Made by a program: the position numbers and the translations under genes. Shown piece after piece: positions 1-10,389 of a stretch of 64,000 nucleotides of DNA. The stretch covers positions 384,001-448,000 of the forward strand of contig CAVQNT010000002.1 of the NCBI GenBank assembly GCA_963714275.1, given 5' to 3'. This DNA is from Candidatus Bathyarchaeota archaeon. GTDB taxonomy: Archaea > Thermoproteota > Bathyarchaeia > Bathyarchaeales > DTEX01. Within the stretch, counting starts at the first letter, position 1. Each line of letters begins with the position of its first letter. Under the pieces are notes generated by a model that was given only the letters and a program-made list of their open reading frames with translations, ran no database searches and was not told where the DNA came from.

Positions 1-194
1 GAAGTTGGTACCTTGCTTTTGCAACTCGGACATATTTTTAACACAAGTTCAGGATGTAACAAGGTTCCGCAAAAATTGCAGTAGTTGGAAATTGAGTAGA
101 CCTGCAACCTACATTTTGGGCAGATCAAGCAATGCGTATATAGAGGAAGGGGGATCAGAATCAATGCTCCAAGAACCAATTCATCCACACCCAT
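1..194 (-). CDS. Double zinc-ribbon protein (runs off window start)
   Basis: Manual translation from ATG at 194: MGVDELVLGALILIPLPLYTHCLICPKCRLQVYSISNYCNFCGTLLHPELVLKICPSCKSKVPT; CxxC repeats in DZR spacing. Not in ORF track. Confidence 0.6.
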   Translation of the reverse strand, partial: MGVDELVLGALILIPLPLYTHCLICPKCRLQVYSISNYCNFCGTLLHPELVLKICPSCKSKVPT

Positions 195-497
195 GGAGAT
201 ATATCCGTTCTACTTGTTCTTTTTATTTCTTCATCATTCTAGTTAAGTTAAGTAACTGATAACTATTAGTAATAGATAGCATCGTTTTACGTGTTCTTCG
301 CAATAACTTTGTCCGCAGATTTCTTGGAGAGAATTGTAAAGACTGCCAATTTATGTTGTTCTTCTCACTTGAGTGGTTCTACAACTGGCTACCATAACTG
401 GATGTTGGCAAACTGCATCGGAGATAGAAAATTCGCATTTACTTTTTTTAGCTAGGCTGACTTATTTTCTCAGATCAATGTCTATAATTGAAGCCAA

Positions 498-1776
498 TTG
501 ATAAACTTAGCCATCATAGGCGCTGGTGTTGGAGGATGCTCGGCGGCTTATTTTGCCAGCAAATATCTCCCAGATTCAAAGATAACTATCTACGAAGCTA
601 GTGATAGGGTAGGCGGAAGAGTGCTAACCCTCGAGGAAGGACCTCTGAAGTCTGGAGATGGGAGCCGAATTCTTCAACCCCACGAATAAGACAATCTTAG
701 GACTCGTTAAGGATAGGGGCTTAAGGGTGAGGAAAATCGAGGAAAGCATGGACTTCGCAATATGGAATGGTTCCGAGATCATCTTCAAGTCAAACCAAGT
801 GGCTACTCTTACGATGCTAAAACTCTTCATGAGATACAAACTGAACATGTCCAAAATGTTCTTCATCCTCAAAGAGGCAAGACGCCTGGTTAAGTACTTA
901 TACGAAGGAAACTGGGAGAATCCAAGCGCTGTTGATGAACTCTTCGAGTCTATAGGCCTAGACAAATGGTACAGGAAGCAATTCAATAGTATCCTCAATG
1001 AACGAGGCGTGGACGAAGCATTCATAGACGACGTTGTAACGCCTATCACGAGGATAATCTACTCTCAGAATGCAGACCTAGGAGGATTCGCAGGGCTTAC
1101 ATCAATAATAGGTGTTTACGTTGGACCGTTATACAACCTAGCTGACGGTAACAGCGTTCTTCCAAGGAGTCTCGCAGAGGCATCAAATTCAGAGCTTAGG
1201 CTGGGGCAGAAGGTAGAAAACATCGAAAAAACACCCGACAGTTCTTACAGGGTTTCAGTTGGAGAGAAGACTTCCATTTTTGATGGTGTGATTATTGCGG
1301 TTCCGCTGGAGTTAGCTGGATTTGAGTTCGACGGTGTCTCAATGCGTAAGTGGAAGCCACAGCAGTACAAAAGAGTCTACACGAGGGTTATGCGTGGCTT
1401 CGTTGACTCAGGTTACTTTGGTCTTGAAGAATCAAGAAAATTGCCTCCCATGATACTAACCACTGCGGAGGCAAATCAAATAATTCGCTTCACCATAAAG
1501 CAATCGGCTAATAGCGAGTCCTTGCTGACAATTTCCTCAACTGAGCCGCTCTCCGATGATGTGCTCTACGGGGTTCTCAAGAATGGGAAGACAGTTCTAG
1601 AACACAGTTGGGAAGCAGCATACCCTGCCTTCAAGCCGATGGATAAACTTCCGCCTTCTCGCCTCGATGAAAGGCTCATGTACCTCAACTCCATCGAATC
1701 CGCAGCCTCATCCATGGAGACATCGGCCTTTTCGGCCCTCAATGCCATAAAAATGATGAAACGCGAATTTAGATAA
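498..1776 (+). CDS. Prenylcysteine oxidase/lyase-like FAD oxidoreductase (one frameshift near 655)
   Basis: GAGVGG Rossmann motif and YEASDRVGGR (ORF 498) join ORF 658; C-terminal W-AYP...YLNSIESAASSMETSA resembles the prenylcysteine lyase family. Confidence 0.7.
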
Positions 1777-1902
1777 TCTGATTCATCGAAAGTTCACATT
1801 TGTTCTTAGTTAGCCAGACTGAAGCTCAGCTCACTCGATTGATGAGTTAGTACCACACATTATAGATGTAGTAGTAGTAATTAAGAAAAAAGGAGTGGTG
1901 GT

Positions 1903-2438
1903 TTATTTCCATTTGACGGTGCAGCCGACGGGTTCTGTATTTTGTACCGGGACTTCCTGTCCTTTAAGTATGGCGTCTAAGGCGTCTCTCAAATAATGTC
2001 AGCTGTACATTGTTTGGTTCGTAAACGTTGTCGTCGATTCTGCCGTGATAACGAAGCGTCCGTTTCTTGTCAAAGACGAAGACTTCAGGTGTTCGTTCAG
2101 CTCCGTATGATCTGGCTATGCTTTGGCTTTCGTCTCTTAGATAGGGAAAATTGAAGCCTTTTTCTTTCAGCTCGAACTTTCATGTTCTTGAAACTGTCTT
2201 CAGGATAATTCTTGTCATCGTTGGAGTTAATTGCAACGAGTGCAACTCCTTTGTCTTTGTAGTCTCTCTGCAACTCAACAAACCTTTCCTCGTATGCCTG
2301 AACAGTTGGGCAATGGTTGCAGCTGAACATGACTATGATGATTTTCTTTTCCTTGAAATCTTCCAAGCTGTACGTGTTGCTGTCAACCCCAGGCAACTTG
2401 AAGCCGGGTGCAAGATCTCCAATTTTCAGATCTGCCAT
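1903..2438 (-). CDS. AhpC/TSA thioredoxin-family protein (frameshifted)
   Basis: LKIGDLAPGFKL...SCNHCPTV; C-terminal PVGCTVKWK* read manually, ending at 1903. Confidence 0.85.
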
Positions 2439-2545
2439 AATTCATTCTCCACTAAAGAAAAACAGGAAACAGTTAATTAACTTTTTTCTCAATAGTTGAA
2501 GCGAAGGGTTAATTAGGCTTCGTGATGTGCAAGAAGTGACTTTAA

Positions 2546-2973
2546 ATGGAAACCGAAAGTGATGACTATAGACGGATTCGAGCCTCAGTTGAGAAATCGG
2601 TAACAAAATATGCTGAAAGAAGCCTTTTTTTCTGAATCCTGACGACATAGTCGTCAAGAACGTCATTTCAGGACTAGCTAGAAACAAACTGAAATATGGG
2701 TACAACTATTGTCCATGCCGAGAAGTGAAAGGAATCCTAAAAGAGGACGCAAAAAACATCTGCCCATGCCAAACACATAAAGAAGAAATCATACGTCACG
2801 GAACCTGCGAATGCGGACTCTTCGTCAATAAAGTCTTACTTCGAAGCAAAAAAGATTCTCTTTCAAGTTTAGGCAGATTGTTCCCTTCATTAATTGAGGA
2901 TGCAAAAACTCTTCCCTTAGCGAGGTTGTGCCCAACAAATAACTGGTTCTATTGCTTTCTCTTCCTTCAATAG
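2546..2973 (+). CDS. Ferredoxin:thioredoxin reductase catalytic subunit (frameshifted; 3' end uncertain)
   Basis: LNPD...GLARNKLKYGYNYCPCR...NICPCQ...GTCECGLFV gives the CPC/CPC/CxC signature. Confidence 0.85.
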
Positions 2974-3338
2974 TAGTGCAGCGAAGAATGGTGTTCATTA
3001 ATAAGTCTGTTTCATCTTGCTTTTATAAAACAGGGTTTAAATTTGGCTTATCTCACGTATACAGAAGGCTACATAAGGTGTTAGAAGTATAAGGAAGGCT
3101 GGTTGAAGCATGCCTGTAAATGAAACTGTTATGTTTCTAGCTCAGCTAATTCTTTTTGGATTTCTTCCATATGTTTTTCCATTAATTTTATTTAAGCAGT
3201 CTGGCTCAACTCTTTTGCCCAATATAAACTAGCTAGTCATATACATGTATTTTTGGAGAAAGAGTGTGTTTTTATGTAAAAGTTAGATGAGGGAAAGAAG
3301 AAAAAGTTTATAATCTCATCTCGAAATCCACACAAGTA

Positions 3339-4051
3339 CTAATAACGTTTTGCATTCTTTCTTCCGTAAGGGCAGACATAGACGCAAAGACCGCAGATGC
3401 CTTCTCCCATGGTTTGGGCTCTTTTATCCGTATAATCCTTGCATAAATGAGCTCTAAACCTTAAATCTCTAGGTTCTGAAGGGTCGAAGGGTCTACCGGT
3501 GAACGCTTTTACGGGGCATATTTCAACGCATTCTAGGCAGTTCCCACAACGATTATCCATAGGTCTTCCAGTTCCCAATGGTGCGTCTGTCAACACTGTT
3601 GCCCATCTTACCCTAGGTCCATATTCAGGAGTAATCAGTAGACAGACTTTTACCTATCCAGCCTAGACCAGCAAGGTGAGCTGCAGTTTATGAGAGAATG
3701 CTCCCATCAACCTATTCTGGTTAACCGTTTGAGAAGCTGGGATTTGATAGTCTCTAAAATTGGATTCCTGTATCTTCTTTGCTACTGCAAGAGATGCCCT
3801 GTCAAGGCTGCTATTCACAGAGTTGTACAACCCTCGATACGTGTATATTGCTGATGGCTCTTCATGGCGATAAAGTTCATCCACCACTGCGTCCAACAGT
3901 CTAATACCTATTGAGACAGCCTTAGGAAACGCTACAATATGTTCTCCACCTTGCGCCAAAACGAAATTGCGAGCTTGAATAATGTCTGCTGCCCAAAAAA
4001 GTCTGCTCCCAAAGCCTTAGCAGTGTTTTCTAAATCATTCCGCAGATTCAT
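3339..4051 (-). CDS. Epoxyqueuosine reductase (QueG)-like 4Fe-4S protein (frameshifted)
   Basis: ORFs 3663-3959 and 3339-3596 plus the intervening LLITPEYGPRVRWATVLTD; CGNCLECVEICP and CGLCVYVCP. Confidence 0.8.
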
Positions 4052-4336
4052 AAAACCATCCTGAACTCTCCCGCTGCATCTGGAAGATAAGCTTATCGCC
4101 CACAGCTACTACTGGAAGAAGCCAAAGCTTGTTTTTCCAGTAAACATGATTCTTTTAAGGCGTTTGCAGGGCGAGTGGTTGACCGATAACCTTGAGGAGA
4201 CTTCTGGGTATTCTTCCACCTTTCTATGCAGAGCAAGACCGACTTTAAATGTTAATTACAAATTCTATGTAACCTTTTTCAAGATCTATTGGAAGAACAT
4301 TCTCGTCAAGCATGCCCCAGGCTCTAGCTGTTTGCT

Positions 4337-5194
4337 TCAACTTTTAAGGAAAGCCAAGATGTCTGTTTGAAACTGGCGTTTGTTGTCGTCAAAGGCGTTG
4401 TGTCCAAATCCTTTATAGAGGATCAACTTGGCATTCGGGATCCCCTCAGCTGATTCACGATTCAGATAGAACTTGTCTTCTTCTCCTCCGATGACAAGAG
4501 TGGGCACCTTGATCTCAATCAGTTGCTCCGAAGTGAAGTCATGATTTACCTCCGCCTCGGCTTCTACCAACCCATCCGAGGGGTCGCCAGAGGCGCCAAA
4601 CATGCTCTTTCCAAAGAGCCACATTAACAACTTAAAAACGTACTTTTTTAGTCCCTTGGGATATATCGAGGTAACCATAAAGACAGCTGCCTTTCTCCAT
4701 TTACCCTGACGCGCCAAGTCACCTACGTGCCTTGTCCATTCCTTACCTTCTTCACTCAGGCGATAACCAGTCTCGGCAAGGACTAAGTGGCGAATCAAGT
4801 CGGGATGATCAACAGCAAAGTGATGGGCAATCGGTCCCCCTGACGAAAGTCCTATTATGTCAACCGGCCATGCTAACTCTTCCTTTATCATGGCTGCGTA
4901 GTCGTCGGACATGTCCCGTGTAGAGTACCCAGCAGGTAAACCTCCCCTTCGGCTTACATAATATACCGTGTATTCTTTCGCAAGTTCCTTGAAGCTACCT
5001 GAAACCATTCGAAGTTGGAAGCCAGATGGAGGTTTATGTTCAAAGTCAGGCCCTCCCCCAAAGATGACTACAACTCGTTGCCCGCTTCCCATACGGAAGA
5101 ATGGAAGTCCATTCTTGGAATATCCTGTTGCTGCTTCCGGCTTTGTGCCATGTTCTTTAGTCATGAATCCACCCACTAATTGCATTATCAACAA
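4337..5194 (-). CDS. Alpha/beta-fold hydrolase
   Basis: GLSSGG nucleophile elbow, PTLVIGGEED, GFGH. Confidence 0.9.
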   Translation of the reverse strand: MLIMQLVGGFMTKEHGTKPEAATGYSKNGLPFFRMGSGQRVVVIFGGGPDFEHKPPSGFQLRMVSGSFKELAKEYTVYYVSRRGGLPAGYSTRDMSDDYAAMIKEELAWPVDIIGLSSGGPIAHHFAVDHPDLIRHLVLAETGYRLSEEGKEWTRHVGDLARQGKWRKAAVFMVTSIYPKGLKKYVFKLLMWLFGKSMFGASGDPSDGLVEAEAEVNHDFTSEQLIEIKVPTLVIGGEEDKFYLNRESAEGIPNAKLILYKGFGHNAFDDNKRQFQTDILAFLKS

Positions 5195-5350
5195 TCGAGA
5201 AGGTTATCCAAAACATATTTAGACAAAGATACATTTATCTTTTTAAATGTTTAGTCAAGTTTTTATTTTTAGTAATTGTCTAGTTTGTGTGTATTTTGTT
5301 TTTCGTGTGAGTAGAGTAGAGAGTATACTGAACAGAAGAGAACGGAACGC

Positions 5351-5389
5351 GAGAGAGAAAGATTAAATTTTAACCCCAACCCAAACCCC
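5351..5389. repeat. TTAAAWTTTAA-core site A
   Basis: gagagagaaagattaaattttaaccccaacccaaacccc; left part 21/23 identical to 7407-7429, right part matches 6547-6577. Confidence 0.7.
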
Positions 5390-5393
5390 TCGT

Positions 5394-6266
5394 CTAAATA
5401 GGCCGCCACTGCCACACTTCTCCCTTCTGGATGACATGGCCTAGGCCAGGGAAGGGGAAGTGAAAGGCAAGCACTAGAGCCTTCTCCGCCGCGGCTCTGC
5501 TGAGAAGTCGGCGCCTAGTGTTGGCGACTTGTTCGGGTGCAAAGTCGACGGCCGCGCACCAATCTGGCGACTCCAGGTGGATGGGATGGAGCCAAGCGTC
5601 GGAGATGCACAGCAGTTGCTCACCCCCTGAGGAGATGGCCAGCGCCATGTGACCAAGTGTGTGGCCGGGCGCCGCAACGGCTCGGATGCCTGGCACGATC
5701 TCCGTTTCACGGTCAACGAGGTCAAGTCGATCCTGAATCGGCGGAAGGTTTTTGCGTGCGAACGCTATCTGACGCTTTCTGACATGCTCATCGAGCTTCT
5801 GTTCCGCCTGTTCTGAGGTCCAGAAATCCCACTCATCCTTCCACATAATGAAACGGGCCTTAGGGAAAGCCGGCTTGCCCTCGCTGTTGAGGTTCCCGCC
5901 GATGTGGTCTGGATGTCCGTGTGTGAGGATGACCCTGTCGATGTCCTCGGGCGCGACTCCTTCGGCCTTTAGGTTGGGGATGAGTTTACCTGTGGTCTGT
6001 GCAAGGCCATCTGCTCCCGTGTCTACCAGCACCCGATGCCTACCAGTGTTGATCAATAGGCAGATATACGGACTTATCCACTCCACCCACTTTTCTGGCT
6101 GGAGGTTGTGTTCGCGAAGCTTTTGCACTAGACGTTCTTTTGGCGCGTTGACGAAAAGAAGGATTGCAGGCGGTGGGAACATGGGCGGTGTGTACGTCAT
6201 TGTGCCATCGCTGACGGCCATACATTCGAAGGTCCCTACCTTGAACCGATAACTCTCAGAGCTCAT
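5394..6266 (-). CDS. MBL-fold metallo-hydrolase (visibly GC-rich)
   Basis: LVDTG, THGHPDHIGG, PGHTLGH, D and FH metal ligands. Confidence 0.92.
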   Translation of the reverse strand: MSSESYRFKVGTFECMAVSDGTMTYTPPMFPPPAILLFVNAPKERLVQKLREHNLQPEKWVEWISPYICLLINTGRHRVLVDTGADGLAQTTGKLIPNLKAEGVAPEDIDRVILTHGHPDHIGGNLNSEGKPAFPKARFIMWKDEWDFWTSEQAEQKLDEHVRKRQIAFARKNLPPIQDRLDLVDRETEIVPGIRAVAAPGHTLGHMALAISSGGEQLLCISDAWLHPIHLESPDWCAAVDFAPEQVANTRRRLLSRAAAEKALVLAFHFPFPGLGHVIQKGEVWQWRPI

Positions 6267-6470
6267 AGTTTTCCCCTCGCTTCCAGATTCATCGTTACTA
6301 TAGTATAAAGAGTTCAGAACTTTTAATGTTATTGATGTCGAAAAAACAAAGAAAGATTTTCGTGAAGGTCGATTTGGTGAGAACGCTAGGATTGTTTGAA
6401 ATTCAAATCTAGCACGCGCAAGTTTGTTGTCTGATATACATGATACTTGTATAGTTTAGTACACAAGTAC

Positions 6471-6514
6471 GTTAGTTAGTCAGTTAGTCAAAGAGTTAGT
6501 TAGTATAGTCAGTC
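6471..6514. repeat. Period-4 TTAG/TCAG tandem array
   Basis: gttagttagtcagttagtcaaagagttagttagtatagtcagtc. Confidence 0.7.
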
Positions 6515-6542
6515 GTTCCGTCCCGTCAAAAAAGTGTGTGTG

Positions 6543-6577
6543 GGGGTTAAATTTTAACCCCAAACCCAAACCCAAAC
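6543..6577. repeat. TTAAAWTTTAA-core site B (inverted repeat plus CCCAAA repeats)
   Basis: ggggttaa-att-ttaacccc followed by aaacccaaacccaaac, directly 3' of the AbiV-like stop. Confidence 0.7.
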
Positions 6578-6578
6578 A

Positions 6579-7115
6579 CTAGATGTCAGTATTTATAGCA
6601 AACGCAATCTCACGTAGTTTGCTTAGCGCATCCTTGAGGAGTTTTCTATCTACGGTGGGAATAGGTTTGATACTATCTCCAGAATTTGAGAAGTCACAAT
6701 AGAATACTGCCATCCTTGCTTCCCAATCCGCAACACTTTTTACGTCAAAAAATTCTGGGTCGAACACAGTCTCATCAAATGCACCTTCATGAAGTGTTGT
6801 ACACTCGCTAGGAAGAGTCTTAATTGCAATCTCGAATTTTTTTGTGTGGTTTCGGAATTCTTTCTTATATTTAACTTGGACTTTTCCCTTTGAGGGGGTG
6901 TACTGTTTCAATAATAGAATTTTCCCGTACTCTTCTACTGCGTAAGTATAAAGCCCTGTGCATATCGCTTCGTTACCTCCATTATCCAAGAGTTTTTCTG
7001 CGGATTCCAACAATTCTAACACTCCCTGAAGCGTCTCTTGAATGCACTTCTTCCAAACTTCTTCTGTAATCTCTAGAATCTCAACCCAATCTCCTTTATC
7101 ATCCTTTAACATCAT
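6579..7115 (-). CDS. AbiV-family (HEPN) abortive-infection-like protein
   Basis: LLESAEKLL...YAVEEYGKILLL...FRNHTKKF matches the AbiV A-EE-GK / F-x-H-x-x-K pattern. Confidence 0.7.
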   Translation of the reverse strand: MMLKDDKGDWVEILEITEEVWKKCIQETLQGVLELLESAEKLLDNGGNEAICTGLYTYAVEEYGKILLLKQYTPSKGKVQVKYKKEFRNHTKKFEIAIKTLPSECTTLHEGAFDETVFDPEFFDVKSVADWEARMAVFYCDFSNSGDSIKPIPTVDRKLLKDALSKLREIAFAINTDI

Positions 7116-7131
7116 AGACCCAGCCCTTTAT

Positions 7132-7239
7132 TCATATCATAGATTTCGCTATTCTAAGTTGCCACTCTTTAGTTTCATTTCTTAAATATCTGGCAAATAG
7201 TAACGCTTCCTCATCTATCAAAGATTCTATGGTCTGCTT
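7132..7239 (-). pseudogene. Orphan 3' end of a probable Cas1-solo gene (copy 1)
   Basis: KQTIESLIDEEALLFARYLRNETKEWQLRIAKSMI*; no start codon; 16/22 aa identical to the copy at 19.3 kb. Cas1 assignment is from recall of archaeal solo-Cas1 C-termini. Confidence 0.6.
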
Positions 7240-7288
7240 TTAGCGCGCGCGCTAACTTTACTGCGTACGTATCCGTTTACGTTAATTC

Positions 7289-7756
7289 TCAGTTAGTTTC
7301 TCTCACGGGAGGGGTATATGTAATAATAAGTAATAGTAAGAGAGAAGAAAGAAAGAGAGGGGGAAGGTTGTAAGAATGAGAGAAATAGGGTAGTCGTAGG
7401 TATGCTGAGAGAAAAAGATTAAAATTTAATAGGGTTAGTACCTGATATTTTAATTTAATCTTTGGGTGATAGTGAACCAGTGGCACCATTTTGTTCAGTG
7501 AGCTAATCATTTTGTTCACAGTTCTTCTAACGACTGGGATTACTATGAGACTCGTTGGGAACCCAACTATAAACCCTATTAGAAACCCTCCTGAAAATCT
7601 CAAAGGAAATCCAGAGTCGAATCCAGTCATCAAAATGGTCATCGTAAGAGTCATCGTAAAATCCATTGCCAGTGTCATGAACAACGCGAACAATACTGTT
7701 GAGTATTTCTCATTAATCTTCATAAGGCTCACCCGAGCGTGCCATAATCTATTCAT
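7289..7756 (-). CDS. DUF2798-like small membrane protein (C-terminus probably read-through)
   Basis: LFALFMTLAMDFTMT...GFPLRF...GFPTSLIVIPVVRR; the tail after about 7500 translates repeat DNA. Confidence 0.65.
   Translation of the reverse strand: MNRLWHARVSLMKINEKYSTVLFALFMTLAMDFTMTLTMTILMTGFDSGFPLRFSGGFLIGFIVGFPTSLIVIPVVRRTVNKMISSLNKMVPLVHYHPKIKLKYQVLTLLNFNLFLSAYLRLPYFSHSYNLPPLFLSSLLLLLIITYTPPVRETN
7407..7429. repeat. TTAAAWTTTAA-core site C
   Basis: gagagaaaaagattaaaatttaa, 21/23 identical to 5351-5373. Confidence 0.65.
7450..7487 (+). repeat. About 38-40 bp imperfect direct repeat, copy 1
   Basis: ttaatttaat-N11-agtgaaccagtggcacc; copy 2 at 10543-10582. Confidence 0.6.
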
Positions 7757-8073
7757 CCTTGCCCTAACTCTCTTTTATATTTTGATAATATGTAATGTTA
7801 AACTTGAGATTAGTGAAAATTGAATGAGTGGGGCTTAGTGTGCTCCCTATGCACACAAAAAAAACACAATTATTAAATGTCAAAAAGGGAACTAGGATTA
7901 AATCATGGAAGATGTGATTAAAATCAATAGGGATAGTAGATGATAAATCAATTTAATCTTAGTTCGGGAGATATCTGGGTCAATCAATCAATTTAATGTG
8001 TTTCCTGTTATTGATATATTGATTTATATGTAAATTCGATTAAAAAATAAAAAATTGAGAGTCGGGTGATTTT

Positions 8074-8514
8074 TTGGGTAGAATGGAAAGGTCAATTGAA
8101 ATTGGGGGACCGCCTGAAAAAATTTGGTCGATGGTTTTTTGGGACAGAGTTCAAGAATGGTTTGACGTAATCAAGAAGGTTGAACGTACTTCTAAAGGTA
8201 AGGATGGGTTAGGTGCAACTGCCCATGTCGTCGGTGAGGCTATGGGAATAAAAGTCGAGTGGGATGCTGAGACCGTAGAATGGAAAGAAAATGAGAAGGT
8301 TGCATGGCGCTCTACTTCTGGAAACTTTTCAATGTCGAGTTCAATGACTTTCAGTCCCATCAAAGACGGAACCAAAGTAACATTTATGATGAACTATGAT
8401 TTGCCCTACTCGGTTCTTGGCAAGATAATCGACAAATTGGGGGTTAGCAGAGAAGTCGGTAAGAGCATTGATAGAGGCATGAAAAAAATAAAAGAAACTG
8501 GTGAGAAAGAATGA
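8074..8514 (+). CDS. SRPBCC (polyketide cyclase-like) family protein
   Basis: SIEIGGPPEKIW...EWKENEKVAWRS...GTKVTFMMNYDLP. Confidence 0.85.
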   Translation: MGRMERSIEIGGPPEKIWSMVFWDRVQEWFDVIKKVERTSKGKDGLGATAHVVGEAMGIKVEWDAETVEWKENEKVAWRSTSGNFSMSSSMTFSPIKDGTKVTFMMNYDLPYSVLGKIIDKLGVSREVGKSIDRGMKKIKETGEKE

Positions 8515-8554
8515 ATTACAGCCTGCGGTTGCTTTCTTTGAATATATGTTTGTG

Positions 8555-9010
8555 TTAATGGAATCCTTTTTCCCATCGATTCACAATGGTGCCCACTATC
8601 GTTTTTTCGAACCATCCCTTTGCTACCTGTTTAGCCATCGATAGCCTATCGTAATACTCCCTATATTGCTGGATTTTTTCTCCGCTGAACTCGTACACGG
8701 TTATCCCAGGTATTTCACGAAATCTTCTACCATCAGACGTAGAGCCCTCATAAACCCATTCGTAGACAGCCCTATTTCCCTTTACCAAAATCCCAATGCC
8801 GGCGTCTCTAATTCTTAACTCCGGAGTTTTCTGAGTCATATAAGTAAAAGTGTGCTTCACCTCCTCCTTGCCTTTGAGTGCTCCCTCAGGTTGAACCCAG
8901 ACCACATCTTCTGTAAGAAAGGATAACACTTTATCCACGTCCCTTCTCGTATAGGCTTCAACAAAATCACGGACTACCCTTGCAATCTTTTCCTCAGACA
9001 TTCTATTCAC
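8555..9010 (-). CDS. SnoaL/NTF2-like protein
   Basis: VVRDFVEAY..RDVD...LTEDVVW...KGKEEV...GEKIQQYREYYD. Confidence 0.85.
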   Translation of the reverse strand: MNRMSEEKIARVVRDFVEAYTRRDVDKVLSFLTEDVVWVQPEGALKGKEEVKHTFTYMTQKTPELRIRDAGIGILVKGNRAVYEWVYEGSTSDGRRFREIPGITVYEFSGEKIQQYREYYDRLSMAKQVAKGWFEKTIVGTIVNRWEKGFH

Positions 9011-9169
9011 CTCCTAAAACCTTACTGCTAAGCTAATGCATAATTCGTTTTTCTTACTTTTATTGGTTGAGCTATGTTTGTGTGCGGTAAGTTTGTTGAC
9101 CAAACGTCAAATCTTTAATACGACTTGAAATCATGCATGTAATAAAGAAAAAGGGAGGCGAGTTCCATT

Positions 9170-9454
9170 ATGGCAAGCCAATTGGAAAATCAACCTTTCA
9201 AGAACCGAGAACACATAAAAGCTGAGATTAGAAGATGTGCGTGGGCTAATAGCGTTTTTCAGTATTTTAGTTTTCTATTCGCTGCGTTAGGAGTCATTGG
9301 TGAAGCTTTTAACACAACTATTGGTCTACAATCAATTATTTGGCTGCTGCTGGCAATCTTTACAAGTCTGCATGCTATAGTTCCCGCTATGCATCTAGTG
9401 GTGGCTAAGCATTTACTTGGTATAGAAACTGAAAGTAAAAAAAGTAGCGATTGA
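9170..9454 (+). CDS. Hypothetical membrane protein
   Basis: Two hydrophobic segments; GGAGG upstream. Confidence 0.6.
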   Translation: MASQLENQPFKNREHIKAEIRRCAWANSVFQYFSFLFAALGVIGEAFNTTIGLQSIIWLLLAIFTSLHAIVPAMHLVVAKHLLGIETESKKSSD

Positions 9455-9582
9455 CAAATTTCTTCATATTACATATGGATAAGTCGTTATCCTGCTCCCT
9501 TGGGAATAGCAAGGCTTCTTCGTTAATTACTAGTGAGCTACTTGCTAGCTAGTAGAGAAAAATTAATTATTTATGGAGTCTT

Positions 9583-9810
9583 TCATCTAATGGTCGATGA
9601 ATGGAGTTTCTTCTTTTCTTTTCGTTTTTTAGACAGTTCTTTGAATAAAGTAAATGCAATGGCAAAAGCAAAAAGTCCCCCGAAAAAAACAACGAGCATT
9701 AATTTGATGTCCCTAACTCCCAAAAACCAGCAGACAATAGCATAAATAGCCAAAATTGTATATGCAACAATCGATTTTCCAATAGCCACTAAACGTTCCT
9801 TTATGTCCAT
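9583..9810 (-). CDS. Hypothetical membrane protein
   Basis: Two hydrophobic segments and a basic tail. Confidence 0.55.
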   Translation of the reverse strand: MDIKERLVAIGKSIVAYTILAIYAIVCWFLGVRDIKLMLVVFFGGLFAFAIAFTLFKELSKKRKEKKKLHSSTIR

Positions 9811-9903
9811 TATTTACCAATCTCTCGTTTCTTTTATTATATTTGGCTTGATTCTCATGTTAGAACATATATTATGAAAATGTTGGGTCAATCAATTTAA
9901 GGT

Positions 9904-10389
9904 TCATGAGGTTCCATATTTTAGGTTTGACCTCCATCCTAAGAACGATTTACCCAATCCTAGTCGCTCTGCATCTCTAGAGAGCTCCTGCGCGCCAGAC
10001 GAGTTCACACCGTACAAGTATTTCAACTCGTTAAAAGCCTTCTCAAAGTTCTCAGCCTCAGACACCTTCAACTGTAACCTTGATTTCAACTCGTGAGAGT
10101 CAAGAGCCTCATCCAGATTCTCTTCGAGTATCTTCATAATCTCCCCTTTAATCTCCCACATATACCTTCCTGCCTTAAAGAAAGGACATTTTGCCCCATA
10201 CCCCTTCAACTCCTCTACACTCTTCAAGAGTTTCTTATAGTCTATGACACTCTTCATTTTCTGTGAGTGCTGAGTAACGTAGGGAACTACACATTCCAAT
10301 TTCTCGTAATTCAAGTGAGTGCACTCAAAACAGTTCTTATCCTTTTCCCCTCCTAGCCTCGCGAAATGTTCCTTAAGATTGCTCTGCAC
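9904..10389 (-). CDS. Hypothetical Cys-containing protein
   Basis: CFECTH...C...KCPFF; GGTGA RBS upstream. Confidence 0.6.
   Translation of the reverse strand: MQSNLKEHFARLGGEKDKNCFECTHLNYEKLECVVPYVTQHSQKMKSVIDYKKLLKSVEELKGYGAKCPFFKAGRYMWEIKGEIMKILEENLDEALDSHELKSRLQLKVSEAENFEKAFNELKYLYGVNSSGAQELSRDAERLGLGKSFLGWRSNLKYGTS

Noticed and set aside
1868-1879. gtagtagtagta as a seventh hairpin unit
   Set aside because: No complementary arm or homologous flanking peptide.
5374-6577. Telomere-like/G-quadruplex function of the GGGTTT repeats
   Set aside because: There are only three G-tracts per site on one strand; they are better treated as part of sites A and B.
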